Shown: in pieces, positions 62,051 to 64,000 of the stretch | How positions within the stretch are numbered: the first letter of the stretch is position 1 | Layout: each line of letters starts with the position of its first letter | The notes under the pieces: model-generated | What the model was told of the DNA's origin: nothing | Database searches by the model: none | The model's input: only the letters and a program-made list of their open reading frames with translations | Program-made: the position numbers and the translations under genes | DNA from: Candidatus Bathyarchaeota archaeon | GTDB taxonomy: Archaea; Thermoproteota; Bathyarchaeia; Bathyarchaeales; Bathycorpusculaceae | Direction: 5' to 3' | NCBI GenBank assembly: GCA_963827165.1 | Contig: CAWGZR010000003.1 | Location: 128,001-192,000, forward strand | DNA: 64,000 bases

Positions 62051-63121
62051 TTGGCAAACGTGTTGGGACTCGACATTGGCGGCGCTAACACCAAAGCTGC
62101 GCTGCTGCGGACGAAAAAGGGCAAGCTGCAAGAAACAAAGTTGGAAGTCGTGTATTTTCCAGTTTGGAAGAACCCTGAAGGACTTGCTGAGGTCCTCTTA
62201 ACGCTGAGACACCGGTTGGTTGCCAACACTCTTGATGGTTTAGGTCTTACAATGACCGCCGAGCTGTCCGACGCTTACCAAACCAAGCGCGAAGGAGTAC
62301 GCAGGATTTTAATCAACGTAAAAAAATCGTTCCCGGACACACCTATTCAAGTTTTGAATAGCGACACCGAATTGGAATCCACTTCAGATGCAGAGCAGGA
62401 TCCGCTTGGGGTGGCTGCTGCTAACTGGGCTGCGACGGGTTGGTTAGTAGCCCAGCGAGTTGAGACTTGCGTGGTCCTTGACGTCGGAAGCACAAGCGCT
62501 AGTATAATCCCGGTTTCATCAGGTAGGGTGGCTCCTTTGGGCAAAACGGATTTGGACAAGCTCATATGCGGTGAATTGGTTTACACGGGAAGTTTAAGGA
62601 CGAATGTTGCAGCGATTGTCCAGTCGGTTCCAGTTAGGGGTGAAATGGCTGGGGTCGCGTCTGAATTGTTCGCGTTATCCGCTGATGTTCACCTCATCTT
62701 GGGAAACATCACCGAGGAGCAGTATACATGCGAGACAGCCGATGGAAGAGGCAAAACCAAGTCGGAATCGTTAGCACGCCTTGCCAGATTGGTCTGCGCA
62801 GACACGGAAATGTTGACTGAGAAGGAAATCACCCAAATTGCAAAGTATATCTACGGTAAGCAGGTTGCACAAGTAGCTGAAGGCTTAGCCAAAGTCTGTT
62901 CACACCTGCAAATGAAGACAACCAAAGATGTTCCCGTCGTAGTCACGGGTCTCGGGAAAGATTTTGTTGCTCGAAAAGCCGCTGAAAAAATCGGCGCAAA
63001 GACCGTTATCGATTTGGGAACGCTGATGCCGCTTAATGTTTCGATAGCCACGCCCGCTTTTGCCGTCGCCTTGATGACAGCCAATAAACTTGAAGGAGAA
63101 AAAATCAGTTGGATACAGTAG
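62051..63121 (+). CDS. mfnF: Methanofuran pathway MfnF (hydantoinase A-like)
   Basis: DIGGANTK, TMTAELSD, AAANW, DVGST, GELVYTG..RT, TADG. Confidence 0.9.
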   Translation: MANVLGLDIGGANTKAALLRTKKGKLQETKLEVVYFPVWKNPEGLAEVLLTLRHRLVANTLDGLGLTMTAELSDAYQTKREGVRRILINVKKSFPDTPIQVLNSDTELESTSDAEQDPLGVAAANWAATGWLVAQRVETCVVLDVGSTSASIIPVSSGRVAPLGKTDLDKLICGELVYTGSLRTNVAAIVQSVPVRGEMAGVASELFALSADVHLILGNITEEQYTCETADGRGKTKSESLARLARLVCADTEMLTEKEITQIAKYIYGKQVAQVAEGLAKVCSHLQMKTTKDVPVVVTGLGKDFVARKAAEKIGAKTVIDLGTLMPLNVSIATPAFAVALMTANKLEGEKISWIQ

Positions 63122-63786
63122 TTGTTAAGGTAGGTGGCAGTCTTGCATTGTTTCCTGATAAATTGAGAAGTCTCTGCATAAAACTGGTTGAGTTGTCACG
63201 CTGTTACAGTTTGGTCGTGGTGCCCGGCGGCGGGGAATTTGCCGATATCGTCCGCAATCTGGATATGCGACTTCATTTGTCACGCAAAGCTACCCATCGC
63301 ATGGCCATTTTGGCGATGGATCAGTACGGTTTACTTCTAGCTGATTTGATGCCCGATTCAATTCCCGTTGATAATCTTGAAAATGTGCAAGGCGTCTTGG
63401 ATTCAGGCAGGTTGTCAGTTTTTTTGCCTGCGGCAGCCTTATCTTTTGAAGATGAGCTTGAGAGCTCGTGGGACGTAACTTCTGACTCCATCGCTATCTA
63501 CATCGCAGAAAAATTGCATGCGCCCAAGGTCATTTTAGTGACTGACGTAGACGGCATCTACACCTGCGACCCCAAAAAGTTTTCCGATGCCAAATTGATC
63601 AGTCAGTTGTCTGCCAGTCGACTTTTAGAAATGGACCAGCGAACAAGCGTTGACAAATTCTTGCCTAAACTGCTTTTGCAGTTGAAAATCGACTGCTTCG
63701 TCGTCAACGGACTCCATCCACAACGCGTCGAAGCGATAATAAAAGAGAAAGAGACGGTCAGCACCCTAATAACTCGCAGTCCATAG
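63109..63786 (+). CDS. mfnE: 5-(aminomethyl)-3-furanmethanol phosphate kinase
   Basis: KVGGS, PGGGEFAD, HRMAILAMDQYG, SWDVTSDSI. Confidence 0.88.
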   Translation: MDTVVVKVGGSLALFPDKLRSLCIKLVELSRCYSLVVVPGGGEFADIVRNLDMRLHLSRKATHRMAILAMDQYGLLLADLMPDSIPVDNLENVQGVLDSGRLSVFLPAAALSFEDELESSWDVTSDSIAIYIAEKLHAPKVILVTDVDGIYTCDPKKFSDAKLISQLSASRLLEMDQRTSVDKFLPKLLLQLKIDCFVVNGLHPQRVEAIIKEKETVSTLITRSP

Positions 63787-63887
63787 AAATCAAAGTTACT
63801 TTCATCAAATCACAACTACTTGCATCGCCGAAACAACGGAAATAAGCAAAATAAAAAAAATAAAAAAAGAAAATTGGAAGCTATCGT

Positions 63888-64000
63888 TTAGATCTTTTTC
63901 TTATCGATGACTTCTCGGAAGGTTTTGTCGCAGCATTTGTAAAGTGCAATAGTGAGTTGTGTGCGTTTCCCTTTCTTGTCAGGTTTGCCGGCCATCTTCC
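63888..64000 (-). CDS. Cren7-like small chromatin protein, C-terminal part (runs off window)
   Basis: KMAGKPDKKGKRTQLTIALYKCCDKTFREVIDKKKI-stop. Confidence 0.55.
   Translation of the reverse strand, partial: KMAGKPDKKGKRTQLTIALYKCCDKTFREVIDKKKI

Overview
Archaeal chromosome window. TBP, TFB, TFS, RNase P RNA, a Cren7-like C-terminus and mfn genes are present, and the protein style suggests Bathyarchaeia (inference). About 4-30.5 kb is an accessory region. It is punctuated by tRNA T-arm/3'-end-like sites (GGTTCAAATCCC and inverted TTTGAACCC) and carries a tyrosine integrase, a Panacea/RelE toxin-antitoxin pair, an HNH/Zn-finger protein and three large secreted proteins. It also holds ISs of six families whose ends are mostly resolvable (IS1182 x2, IS91, IS481, IS110/IS1111, ISH3, ISH6) and a group II intron inserted precisely into one IS1182 transposase. 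A second small decayed element with an integrase remnant lies between the 3' end of the RNase P RNA gene and a degenerate copy of that end. The rest is housekeeping or accessory genes and a methanofuran biosynthesis cluster. No intact tRNA, rRNA or CRISPR array was seen. Several single-base frameshifts may be sequencing errors. All family calls are from motif recognition by eye, not database searches.
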